Part shown: one piece after another, positions 44,939 to 53,653 of the stretch
Layout: every line of letters starts with the position of its first letter
Numbering within the stretch: the stretch's first letter is position 1
Position numbers and translations under genes: made by a program
The notes under the pieces: model-generated
Database searches by the model: none
Seen by the model: the letters and a program-made list of their open reading frames with translations, nothing else
Told to the model about the DNA's origin: nothing
Virus record (IMG/VR): IMGVR_UViG_642555161_000005
Strand: one strand, 5' to 3'
Source: a virus
DNA: 64,000 nucleotides

Positions 44939-45020
44939 GGGTGTCTCCGGTTGGTGTTTGGGTTGGGTTGCACCCCCATTCTGCCAGCCGGAGTGCCCGC
45001 CTTAACAACAGAGGACTCCC

Positions 45021-45545
45021 ATGCCCTGGATCGAAGAAACCTGGCTGCATGACGCCCTGGCGGCCCTGAAGGCCACCTGCGACGTCGATGCCCACACCCG
45101 CAATGAAATGATCCAGTTCCTGCTGGACAACGGCTTCTGGGATCAGGAGAAGCTGAAGGACTGGGCCAGCGCTGTGGCTAAGTTCAACAGCTGCCTCAAC
45201 CCCAACAAGGCCGAGTTCTTCAAGATCGGTGAGCTGTGGGCGCTGATGCGCCGCTTTGGCCGGCACCAGCTCTTCCTGGCCATGGCCGCAGATCTCGGCT
45301 ATGAGGTCCGTCCCATCCCCACCGAGCATCGCCGGCAGGCGTTGATGCAGCAGCTGCTCGACGTGCAGGCGCAATGCGCGGCTGCCTCCGAGCGCGTCGC
45401 GAGCCAGTTGGAACGCCTCAGTACGCCCGCGCCGGAGCCGCGCCAGGGTGCCGTCCATGGACAGGGTCGCGCGCAGTTCAGCAGCCCCAACGAATGGAGC
45501 GCGCCTGCCAGGGCAAACGCCGTCGTAGTGGTGGGCTGCCCGTAA
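45021..45545 (+). CDS. CII-like regulatory protein (by position)
   Basis: RBS GAGG; FNSCLNPNK motif; precedes the replication gene. Confidence 0.6.
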   Translation: MPWIEETWLHDALAALKATCDVDAHTRNEMIQFLLDNGFWDQEKLKDWASAVAKFNSCLNPNKAEFFKIGELWALMRRFGRHQLFLAMAADLGYEVRPIPTEHRRQALMQQLLDVQAQCAAASERVASQLERLSTPAPEPRQGAVHGQGRAQFSSPNEWSAPARANAVVVVGCP

Positions 45546-45562
45546 CGGGATAGGCCTGCGTA

Positions 45563-46609
45563 ATGAGCAACGAAATCACCAAGCTCTGCTGGCCACTGCA
45601 GATGCCGCCGCCCGCAAAGGCGGTGCTGATGGCGATCGCGTGGCACGCAGACGACTTCGGCATGGCCTTCCCGGGCTTCACCACGTTGATCGAGAAGACC
45701 TGCCTGAGCAAGACAGCGCTGCTCAGCGCGATCGCGTGGCTGGAAGACAACCAGGTGCTGACTATTCGACGTGGCGGCAGCGACGCCGGCGGGACGAAGT
45801 ACAGCAACCGGTACAGCCTCAACCTTGGCCACTTGGACCCGAAAGCGTTCGCCTCGAAGCCGCGACGTGCATCCAAACCGGTTCGCCAGACGGACCTGTC
45901 CGAGAGCAACGAGGGTCCTGACCGGTCCGCCACGCGTACCGGTACGGAGGCCGAACCGGTACGCGTCACGGACGGGTCGGAAGAGACTGAAGGCGCCGAC
46001 CGGTACGCGGGAGATACCGGTACGCAAGAACGACCGGTGCGTCTCGCGGACTCGACCGGTACGTCTGGCGGACCTGACCGGTCCGTCTCGCGTACTCAAC
46101 CGGTCCGCGAGACGGACCCTAAAAGTCATGAAAGGTCAGTAAATATCATTGAATCGTCAGACGCGCAGGCGCGCGACGACGAAGCGGTGATGCCACAGCT
46201 CAGCGCCGACGAGGTCAATCGCGAGCTGATGGGAATCCCCCGTTTACCGGCGGGTTTGGACCCGCAAGTCCTGGCCAGGTTCGTGCGGCACCGCCGTGTG
46301 CTGGGAAAGCCGATGACGATCAGCAGCTGGCTGGAGCTGCAGCCGCGATTCCGCCAGCTCACCGCCGACGGCCACGACCTCAACCGCTCCCTGCGCCAGA
46401 CGATGGCTGCAGGCCTGGCACTGCCCGTAACACCGAAACCCGAGGGGACCGACCATGCCAACAATTCAGGCTCTGCTGCCGAACGCGTCCGACGTCGAGC
46501 AGAAGAGGACGAGCTCCGTGACGCCGCCGCAGAGGCAGACGCCGCCGCCGGCGCAGCAGGCGCCCTTGACGGCCCGGGCTACGCGAACGCTGTGGGTGCG
46601 CATGGCTGA
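45563..46609 (+). CDS. Replication initiator (O-like, N-terminal winged HTH)
   Basis: AKAVLMAIAWHADDFGMAFPG...LIEKTCLSK...SNRY; internal iterons. Confidence 0.85.
   Translation: MSNEITKLCWPLQMPPPAKAVLMAIAWHADDFGMAFPGFTTLIEKTCLSKTALLSAIAWLEDNQVLTIRRGGSDAGGTKYSNRYSLNLGHLDPKAFASKPRRASKPVRQTDLSESNEGPDRSATRTGTEAEPVRVTDGSEETEGADRYAGDTGTQERPVRLADSTGTSGGPDRSVSRTQPVRETDPKSHERSVNIIESSDAQARDDEAVMPQLSADEVNRELMGIPRLPAGLDPQVLARFVRHRRVLGKPMTISSWLELQPRFRQLTADGHDLNRSLRQTMAAGLALPVTPKPEGTDHANNSGSAAERVRRRAEEDELRDAAAEADAAAGAAGALDGPGYANAVGAHG
45877..46107. repeat. Iteron cluster (putative replication origin)
   Basis: Ten ACCGGTNCG copies at 45877, 45921, 45938, 45955, 45999, 46016, 46033, 46055, 46077 and 46099. 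Confidence 0.8.
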
Positions 46610-47156
46610 GATCTACGGCTACCGCTGGACCAGCGCCTACGGCGAGGATCCCAGTGGCGGCGCCGCCGCGACGTGGGCGAAGGGGCTTGCCGGGCTCACC
46701 GGGGAGCAGCTGGCTGCGGGGCTGGGCTCGAGTATCGCCTCGGCTGACCCGTGGCCACCGACCCTGCCGGAATTCCGTCTGCGCTGCCTCGGCGTGCCGA
46801 GTTTCGCTGCTGTCCGCAACGACACTGGCCGCCAGGATGGCTTCACGCGCCTGGTGTGGCAGTACCTGGACGGCCATCGCTACCGCACGTCGAGCGCCGA
46901 CAAGAGCGATCGCCTGTTGCGTGAGGCTTACGACCAGGCGCGCGAATACGTGATGCGCGGCGGGCAGCTGCCGGAAGAACCGGTTGCGGTCCTCGGCCAG
47001 GCCGCTGTGACCACGCCGGTACCGGCCAGCCCTGAAGCCCTCCGCCGTGCCGAGCGCGAGATCGCGGAGATCTTCGGCAACGGATCCGCACGGCCCGGCA
47101 ACGACGACCACGCGCCGACGACGGGGAAGATGGCAGCGGCAGGGCTGGATCGATGA
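46455..47156 (+). CDS. Replication protein P-like / helicase loader-like
   Basis: RBS GAGGGG; MAEIYGYRWTSAYG...WPPTLPEFR motif. Confidence 0.7.
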   Translation: MPTIQALLPNASDVEQKRTSSVTPPQRQTPPPAQQAPLTARATRTLWVRMAEIYGYRWTSAYGEDPSGGAAATWAKGLAGLTGEQLAAGLGSSIASADPWPPTLPEFRLRCLGVPSFAAVRNDTGRQDGFTRLVWQYLDGHRYRTSSADKSDRLLREAYDQAREYVMRGGQLPEEPVAVLGQAAVTTPVPASPEALRRAEREIAEIFGNGSARPGNDDHAPTTGKMAAAGLDR

Positions 47157-47692
47157 TCGACCAGGAGCAACTGCGCAGCTACCACCGGTCGCAGGTGCTG
47201 TATGCCCTGCAGCAGGCCAGCGAGCCGATGACGGCCTCCGAAGTGCACGAGGGCATGACCACACTGGCGCTGGCCCTGGGTCACCCCAGGGAATGCGCTG
47301 CCATTACTCCTGCCGCGGTCGCCGGCATCCTCCGCGGCATGCTCGGCGAGCAGCTGGTCATCCAGGGCGAGGACAAGGCCAATCGACGCTACGGTCGTGC
47401 CGAGCCGACCTGGTCGGCCGCAGCTGGCCAAGCACGAGTAGTGCAGCCGTCGGCGCCGGGCAGGAGCGCGGCCCCGTTGGCTGCTGCGTCACCGATGGCG
47501 GGGCAGGGCACCCAGCTCCGCCAGATCACCATTGATCAGCGACTAGCATTCCTGCAGGCCGAGTGCGCCGCGCTGCTGGCGGATGTGACCAAGGAACATG
47601 CGGCATTCGAGCTCAGGGTTCGAAGCCAGATGGAGGCCTTCGAGGCGCGCGCCGCACGGTTGCTGGGTCTGCCGCAGGACGGTGGCCAATGA
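47153..47692 (+). CDS. Hypothetical protein (winged helix-like)
   Basis: ATGA coupling. Confidence 0.65.
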   Translation: MIDQEQLRSYHRSQVLYALQQASEPMTASEVHEGMTTLALALGHPRECAAITPAAVAGILRGMLGEQLVIQGEDKANRRYGRAEPTWSAAAGQARVVQPSAPGRSAAPLAAASPMAGQGTQLRQITIDQRLAFLQAECAALLADVTKEHAAFELRVRSQMEAFEARAARLLGLPQDGGQ

Positions 47693-48120
47693 GTAACCGG
47701 GGCCTTCGCTACAACCGCATCGAGGACATGCCGCAGGGCATGCAGCAGCTGGTGCACAAGGCTGGCCAAGCTGGGCCCCATCGCGGGCCCGTTGAGCACC
47801 AACAGCACGTACCGGTGGAGAAACGGCCGAAGTACGGCAATGTGATCACCACCGTGGATGGGATCCGCTTCGACTCCAAACGCGAGGCGCGCTACTACGA
47901 GCAGCTGAAGCTGCGGCAGCAAGCCGGTGAGGTGCACTTCTGGCTGCGCCAGGTTCCCATGCACCTGCCTGGCGGAACCAAGTATGTCCTGGACTTCCTG
48001 GTCTTCATGCGCGACGGCAGTGTCGACTTCGTGGACGTGAAGGGGCGGGAGACGAAGGAATTCCGTATCAAGAAGCGCGAAGTGGAGCACCACTATCCGA
48101 TCAAGGTGCTGCTGGCATGA
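47689..48120 (+). CDS. DUF1064-like PD-(D/E)XK nuclease
   Basis: KYGN...VDGIRFDSKREA...YVLDF...DVKG. Confidence 0.85.
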   Translation: MSNRGLRYNRIEDMPQGMQQLVHKAGQAGPHRGPVEHQQHVPVEKRPKYGNVITTVDGIRFDSKREARYYEQLKLRQQAGEVHFWLRQVPMHLPGGTKYVLDFLVFMRDGSVDFVDVKGRETKEFRIKKREVEHHYPIKVLLA

Positions 48121-48455
48121 GCGGCTGGAGATCGAGCGGAAGCGCAGCGGGCACTCGGGTCGACCTCAGCGCGGTGACCACCACCGACCTGCTGCGGGAG
48201 ATCGAGCGCCGGTGTTCGGTTGGCGGACCGCCCAAGGTTGATCGGCCGGGGAAGGAGCGGCCGTTCGCGACAAAGGCGCTCTGGGCCCAGGACAAGGTCA
48301 ACCAGGCACGTGCCCGCCTCGCGGAGCTCCGCGCGCTGCCAGTCCCAGCCTGCGAGGCTGAGCGCGCTGCTCGTTCCGCTCAGGACTCTCAACTGGTCGC
48401 CGACTTCGTCAAGTACGACGGCATGGCCAAGGCATTCGCGAGGAAGGGGCAATGA
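48117..48455 (+). CDS. Hypothetical protein
   Basis: ATGA coupling. Confidence 0.6.
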   Translation: MSGWRSSGSAAGTRVDLSAVTTTDLLREIERRCSVGGPPKVDRPGKERPFATKALWAQDKVNQARARLAELRALPVPACEAERAARSAQDSQLVADFVKYDGMAKAFARKGQ

Positions 48456-49279
48456 AACCTGCAGAGCTCAAGGCGCGGTTCCCGACGGAGGCTGCGCTGT
48501 GCACGTCCCTGATCGACTGCCTGACCGCGACGGACGGCTGGGAGATCTACCCCGAGACGGCCGGCTTCGACATCCTGGCTGTGTGGAAGGCGACTGGGCA
48601 CCAGCTCGGCATCGAGGCGAAACTGCAGCTCAATGCCAAGGTGGCCGATCAGATCCTGCCGGCGCACTGGAGCAACAGCGACCAGCGGGGCCCCGACTTC
48701 AGGGCTGTGCTGGTGCCCTGCACGACGGCAGCCAACTACGGCATTGCACGCATGCTCGATGCGCTGGGCGTACAGGTCCTGGTCCCCGACAGCTGCACCG
48801 GCCGGTGGAAGATGGAGCCCGGGCAGCAGATCCAGCGCGAGGTGCATCGGCATGGCCTGCACCAGGCCGCTCCATGGGACCGCGCATCCGGCGATCTCCG
48901 CGAGTGGGGGCCCACAGCATGGTTCGACTGGAACCCCACCAAGCGCTGTGAACTGCCTGAGTTTGTGCCGAAAGTGGCCGCAGGTGTGCCGTCGCCGCTG
49001 CAGTTGACGCCCTGGAAGGTCGGCGCGCTGAAGGTGCTGGCCGATCTCGAGCTCGATGGTTTCACGACGGCGAAGGGTGTCCGGGCCCATGGCGTGGATC
49101 CGCGCCGCTTCTGCGCTTCGGATGGATGGCTGAAGCAACTCGGGGAAGGGAAATGGGCCCGTGGGACTCTCCCGGCATTCGAGGACCAGCACCCCGAGGC
49201 CTATGCCCAGGTGCTGGCCCAGGCGCGCGAGGCGCGCGCTGTAGCTGCTGCAAGGAAGATCCAGGAACAGACGTCATGA
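48452..49279 (+). CDS. Hypothetical protein with restriction-endonuclease-like motif
   Basis: YPETAGFDIL...GIEAKL. Confidence 0.65.
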   Translation: MKPAELKARFPTEAALCTSLIDCLTATDGWEIYPETAGFDILAVWKATGHQLGIEAKLQLNAKVADQILPAHWSNSDQRGPDFRAVLVPCTTAANYGIARMLDALGVQVLVPDSCTGRWKMEPGQQIQREVHRHGLHQAAPWDRASGDLREWGPTAWFDWNPTKRCELPEFVPKVAAGVPSPLQLTPWKVGALKVLADLELDGFTTAKGVRAHGVDPRRFCASDGWLKQLGEGKWARGTLPAFEDQHPEAYAQVLAQAREARAVAAARKIQEQTS

Positions 49280-50247
49280 ACGAAACTGCAGTCGGTACCA
49301 ACGCGCTCGCAGCCGCGCGCGAGCTCGAGGTGGCTTTCCTCGAAAAGAGGAGGATCCCCTCCTGCGCCAACTGCAATGGCAGGGCCAGGGTGTGCTGGCC
49401 CGCCCGCGAGTCACAGCCTGTGCAGTTCCAGTGCCAGCGATGCGGTCCGCGAACCGGCGTATTTGATAGCGCAGCACCTCTCCAGTGCGGCCGGTGCGGC
49501 ACCACCGCGGCGGGCCTGTTCCCCCGCGGTGCACAGATTCAGTGTTGCAGCTGCGGGGCATCCTCAGCAGTGTTCGTTGGTCCGGATCCCGCCGGCGCTC
49601 TGGCGGCGGCGCTGGATGCCTGGTGCCGCCGTGCGCCCGTTCTTCCAGCGGCGGCGGACGACAGTGCAGCCCAGCGGCGACGGGGCGCAGCCCCGGATGG
49701 ATTCGACGACGAGGGCAAGGGCGACGTCCTGGAGCTGCTGTCGCGGCTGCTGGTCGGCGGGAGCTACCGCATGCCCGTTGAGGGCCGCAGCACCTTGGCT
49801 CCGCTGGGCAGCAGCGACATCGCCGGCGCGGTCGGCTACATGCGCAATCCGCTGGAGAAGCACACCGCGCTCGCCGTAGCGACGAGGATGGGTCCAGCTT
49901 CAATCGCAAAGCTCTCTCTTGCGGCCTATCGTCAGGTGGCCAAGGACGTGCGTGCTATGCGGCCGCGGCCGCTGGATCTCGGCAAACCGGCAGATCGTTG
50001 GCGCCTGCGCCTGGTGATCTACGACGCAGCCCACGAACTGGTGTGGCCTGAGCGGCGGCAACCGTTCGCCGGCCTAGCCAAGTCAGCCAAGATGCGCAAG
50101 GGCAACTACATCAAGGCCCATAAGTGCGCCAGCGCTGTCCTGCAGGAAGCGCTTCACGGTGGCAGGAAGGGGTTTCGTAAAGCGCTGTGGCTCGGGCAGC
50201 CCGCGCGTGATTGTGCGGAAGAGCACGATGCAGCGGGCCGGGCTTGA
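49276..50247 (+). CDS. Zn-ribbon protein fused to a putative late regulator (Q position)
   Basis: Four CxxC motifs, then a helical domain; last early gene before the late promoter. Confidence 0.6.
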   Translation: MNETAVGTNALAAARELEVAFLEKRRIPSCANCNGRARVCWPARESQPVQFQCQRCGPRTGVFDSAAPLQCGRCGTTAAGLFPRGAQIQCCSCGASSAVFVGPDPAGALAAALDAWCRRAPVLPAAADDSAAQRRRGAAPDGFDDEGKGDVLELLSRLLVGGSYRMPVEGRSTLAPLGSSDIAGAVGYMRNPLEKHTALAVATRMGPASIAKLSLAAYRQVAKDVRAMRPRPLDLGKPADRWRLRLVIYDAAHELVWPERRQPFAGLAKSAKMRKGNYIKAHKCASAVLQEALHGGRKGFRKALWLGQPARDCAEEHDAAGRA

Positions 50248-50382
50248 TACCGGCGTCTTTATTCGCCTTGCTCCAAGGGGCCGCTTCCGCTGGCAGTGTG
50301 TCCGTCCACGCCGCCGCTGCACCGCGGCACCGGTCTATCCGCATGCGTGTTCAGCGCATCGATAGTCTGGCTATCGGGCGCC

Positions 50383-50880
50383 TCAGTGCTCGAGGCGGAG
50401 GGCTACCCTTGTCCCTGCAATTACTGCTAGATAGCGGGCGTTGAAGCGTTCAAACGCCTCCGAAATCTCTGACTCCGCAGCTTCCCAATTGTCCCTCTGT
50501 GCAGGATTCACTTCGCGGCCGATCAGGTCCGGCGGCAAAGCGAGGTCGCGCCGGATCTGCGCGATGAGCATTGCGCTTCCACCCAGCTGTAACACATCTT
50601 GGCTAACTGGGGTTCCGAAAAGGTATTGAAATGTGGGTGCCAGAGCGAGAATGGCGTCTGCTTCTGGCATATGCTGGAGATTCCTGAACGTTGATACCGT
50701 ACGCCTTAGCTCTTCGAAAGCGGCAAATCTGCGATCAAAGAGATCTGCTTTCAGCTTGTTGCGCGCCGTGCGCCACTGCTGCCATGCGACATAAGCGACC
50801 GTCGCGGTCAAAGCCAGCTGGCCTGCTGCAGCGACCAGTTTGATCTGAAGATCCGTCATTCCGAGTACGGTCTCAACCAT
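50383..50880 (-). CDS. Moron: single-TM membrane protein
   Basis: RBS GGGAGG; TM followed by QQWRTARNKLKADLFDRRFAAF. Confidence 0.75.
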   Translation of the reverse strand: MVETVLGMTDLQIKLVAAAGQLALTATVAYVAWQQWRTARNKLKADLFDRRFAAFEELRRTVSTFRNLQHMPEADAILALAPTFQYLFGTPVSQDVLQLGGSAMLIAQIRRDLALPPDLIGREVNPAQRDNWEAAESEISEAFERFNARYLAVIAGTRVALRLEH

Positions 50881-50979
50881 TGCGACGCCCTCCCTGTATT
50901 GGCCAGGATTATCACATTTGTTAAGGTTTGTTAGGGGGCGGCAGGCCGCTTCCCTACAATTCTTCAAATGGGGCGCTGG

Positions 50980-51399
50980 ATGGATCCTTTGTGCGAGAAC
51001 ATTTTGATCGGCCTCGGGACTGGGCTAGTCACAGGGCTGTTGTCCGGCTATTACTCCGGCATGGTGATAAGCCGGACGTCTCGGTTTCACTCGCTGCTTA
51101 GAGACGCGCAACGCGTCTTGAAGCAAGTTGAATTCGAACAGCTTGATAGCGCTGTCGTCATTCGTTACTGGGAGCCCAGGCAGCTTGGCGCGGTCGCCGA
51201 CGATTTGGCCACGGATCGCGAGGTGCACGCCGCCACAGTTGTGCGCACGCGATCTATCGATGTAACCAAGGCCTTCTATGCTGCGGTCGAGGGGAAGCTA
51301 AACGCAACGGAGTTTGAAGCCGTGCTGACGCGTACTCGCAATGAGATTTCCAAACTCCGACCTTCGAAGCGCGTTCTGATTCCGTGGGGCCAGTTATGA
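50980..51399 (+). CDS. Moron: N-terminal TM protein
   Basis: NILIGLGTGLVTGLLSGY; lower GC. Confidence 0.7.
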   Translation: MDPLCENILIGLGTGLVTGLLSGYYSGMVISRTSRFHSLLRDAQRVLKQVEFEQLDSAVVIRYWEPRQLGAVADDLATDREVHAATVVRTRSIDVTKAFYAAVEGKLNATEFEAVLTRTRNEISKLRPSKRVLIPWGQL

Positions 51400-51453
51400 G
51401 CTTTTGGACATTGGCAATCGATTGGCCGGCAGCCATGCTAGGGGGCGTTGCGA

Positions 51454-51780
51454 ATGAAGATTGACTGGGTTCTGATCCTGGGAAACAGGCTTGCCATCGC
51501 GTGGGCCATTGCTGCCGTTAGCGCGTACCTATGCGACCGCTTCTCTGGGAACAGCGGCGCGACCTTGTACTCCATCGTGATGATCGGGTTTGCCATTACC
51601 GTCCTCGTGGACGGCTTTCTTGACGTGTTTGAGGCAGAAAGACCCCAGGGGCTGCCATGGGGAACAATGGTCTCTTTCATCATCATTGTGCTCAGCGCGA
51701 TTGCGATGCTCGGTCTGTGGTTGGACACCTACTGCAAGCCGCCGGGGAACAAAGCTGCTTGGATTTGTTCATATATCTGA
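51454..51780 (+). CDS. Moron: ~3-TM membrane protein
   Basis: Three hydrophobic segments. Confidence 0.65.
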   Translation: MKIDWVLILGNRLAIAWAIAAVSAYLCDRFSGNSGATLYSIVMIGFAITVLVDGFLDVFEAERPQGLPWGTMVSFIIIVLSAIAMLGLWLDTYCKPPGNKAAWICSYI

Positions 51781-51789
51781 CCTCAGTTG

Positions 51790-51860
51790 TTCCTCATGAG
51801 GAGGATTTCTTCCTCATGAGGAACCGCAGTTGCCTCGGGAACCGAAAGTAGGTTTGAATT
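51790..51860 (+). promoter_or_regulatory. Putative late promoter with tandem palindromes
   Basis: TTCCTCATGAGGA at 51790 and 51810; TTGCCT-N18-TTGAAT downstream. Confidence 0.55.
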
Positions 51861-51897
51861 TCTACAGTGGGCGTTCTTATGGGCGCCTCCATTCAAA

Positions 51898-51953
51898 GGC
51901 CGTTGATTGACCAGGACGTGGGAGTCCGCTGGTTGATCAGCGGCCTTCTTGTT
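51898..51953 (+). terminator. Long hairpin followed by a U-rich tail in the late leader
   Basis: GGCCGTTGATTGACCAG...CTGGTTGATCAGCGGCC-TTCTTGTT. Confidence 0.55.
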
Positions 51954-52030
51954 TGCGGGGTAGAGCAGTCCGGCAGCTCGCGTGGCTCATAACCACGAGG
52001 TCGGTGGTTCGAATCCACCTCCCGCTACCA
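51954..52030 (+). tRNA. tRNA-Met (CAT), initiator-like
   Basis: Cloverleaf: D stem GAGC/GCTC, anticodon arm CGTGG-CTCATAA-CCACG, T arm GGTGG-TTCGAAT-CCACC, encoded CCA. Confidence 0.9.
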
Positions 52031-52162
52031 AACGGCCGGTAGTCATGGCCACCACTCAAGCCAGCACATAGGCCGTCGTGAGACGCGCCGCTGGTGTCCG
52101 CGCGACCTTGCAACCGCGGTAGTGGTGGGCCATGCCGGCCTCCTTTCATTGGGGGAACCGCG

Positions 52163-52417
52163 GTGAGCATCAAAGAGCAGATCACAACGGACCTGGCGGT
52201 CGCAGGTTCGAAGATCGGGGCGGCCGTGAGCGTCACCGCTGCGACCTACTCGCCGGGCTACACCCTGAGCGACTGGGCGCTGATCGGCACGATCATCTTC
52301 ACCATCGTCCAGACGTTCACCGTCATGGTGAAGAACTGGGGTGACTGGTCGGCCTGGTGGACCGCTCGCATGGGCAACGCCAGGCGACTCTGGGCGTGGT
52401 TCCGCCGCCGTGGCTGA
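52163..52417 (+). CDS. Holin (pinholin-like)
   Basis: Two hydrophobic segments, basic C-terminus, upstream of the endolysin. Confidence 0.75.
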   Translation: MSIKEQITTDLAVAGSKIGAAVSVTAATYSPGYTLSDWALIGTIIFTIVQTFTVMVKNWGDWSAWWTARMGNARRLWAWFRRRG

Positions 52418-52952
52418 CGCCAAGCTCAGAACCAAGCAACGCGTCGGCTTCGCCGCCGCACCGCTGGCGCTGATCGGCGCCTTGGTCGCCGCCCTGGGCA
52501 CGAACGACTCGGCTCATGAAGGGCGGCGCTACACCCCGTACTACGACTCGGCCGGCATCCTGACTGTCTGCGCGGGTATCACGGGACCGGCAGTGGTGAA
52601 GGGCAAGCGGTACACCGACGCCGAGTGCACGAGGCTGGAAACTACCTACGTGCAGACGATGCTACGCCACATGGGGCAGTGCGTCCCCGGCGAGTTCGAG
52701 TTCCACGAGATCAAGGCCTGGGGCCACTTCGCCTACAACATCGGCACGCCGGCATTCTGTGCCAGCACCGCGGCGAAGCGGCTCAACGCCGGCGAGCGCC
52801 AGGCTGCATGCGCCGAAATGTGGAAGTGGCGCTACGTCACGATCGGCGGCGCGAAGCGCGACTGCGCGCTGCCACAGTGGAGTGCGAAGTGCGGCGGCAT
52901 CATCGATCGCCGGCAGTGGGAAATGGCCACCTGCCAAGGCCGCCTGCAGTGA
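52410..52952 (+). CDS. SAR-type lysozyme endolysin (GH24)
   Basis: Ala/Gly-rich N-terminal TM; E-x8-D-x5-T triad; FAYNIG. Confidence 0.88.
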   Translation: MADAKLRTKQRVGFAAAPLALIGALVAALGTNDSAHEGRRYTPYYDSAGILTVCAGITGPAVVKGKRYTDAECTRLETTYVQTMLRHMGQCVPGEFEFHEIKAWGHFAYNIGTPAFCASTAAKRLNAGERQAACAEMWKWRYVTIGGAKRDCALPQWSAKCGGIIDRRQWEMATCQGRLQ

Positions 52953-53323
52953 TCACCAGGGCGGCCGTCTTTGCCTGGTGGGCAGTCTGGAAGTGGGTTG
53001 CCATTCTGGCCGGCCTGCTGACCCTGTCGCTCTGGCTCAACGTCAGGCAGTACGGCGATCGCCGTGAGGCTGCGGCTGCAGCGCGGGCCGCCACCCTCGA
53101 AGACACGCTCGAGGTGACGGCCGGAATCGCGCGCCAGGCCCAGTCCGACAGTGGCCAGCTGCTGCAGCGCCTGGAGGTGATCGCCGCGCGCGGTGAGCGG
53201 ATCAAGACCATCTACCGAGCAGCAGCTGCAGCGCAGCCGCTGCCAGCCAACTGCGCCCCGGGTCAGGCCCGGGTCGACGCCATCAACCAGGCCCTCGGGC
53301 CGACCAGCAGGACCGCGAAGTGA
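52949..53323 (+). CDS. Rz-like i-spanin
   Basis: N-terminal TM and helical periplasmic part, after the endolysin. Confidence 0.7.
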   Translation: MITRAAVFAWWAVWKWVAILAGLLTLSLWLNVRQYGDRREAAAAARAATLEDTLEVTAGIARQAQSDSGQLLQRLEVIAARGERIKTIYRAAAAAQPLPANCAPGQARVDAINQALGPTSRTAK

Positions 53324-53649
53324 TCCAGAAGGCCTCGATCGGACGGATTGTCCACTACACCCTGAGCGACACCGACGCGCTCCGCATCAATGCGCGCCGG
53401 ACCGACGGTCCGTCCATCCAGGAGCGGCTGCTCGACAGCACCTGGCCGGCGGGGGCCCAGGCACACATCGGCAAGAAGGTCGCCGCCGGTGACGTGCTGC
53501 CCGCGATGGTCGTTGCGGTACAGCCGAACGGCCAGGTCAACGCCCAGGTGTTTCTGGACGGCAACGACGTGCTGTGGGTCACCAGCCGGGACGAGTCCAG
53601 CGAGGAATCCGGCAGCCACCCGGGTCGCTGGCATTGGCCGCAGCGCTGA
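53320..53649 (+). CDS. Conserved hypothetical phage protein
   Basis: SIGRIVHY...VNAQVFLDG...GRWHWPQR. Confidence 0.75.
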   Translation: MIQKASIGRIVHYTLSDTDALRINARRTDGPSIQERLLDSTWPAGAQAHIGKKVAAGDVLPAMVVAVQPNGQVNAQVFLDGNDVLWVTSRDESSEESGSHPGRWHWPQR

Positions 53650-53653
53650 CACC

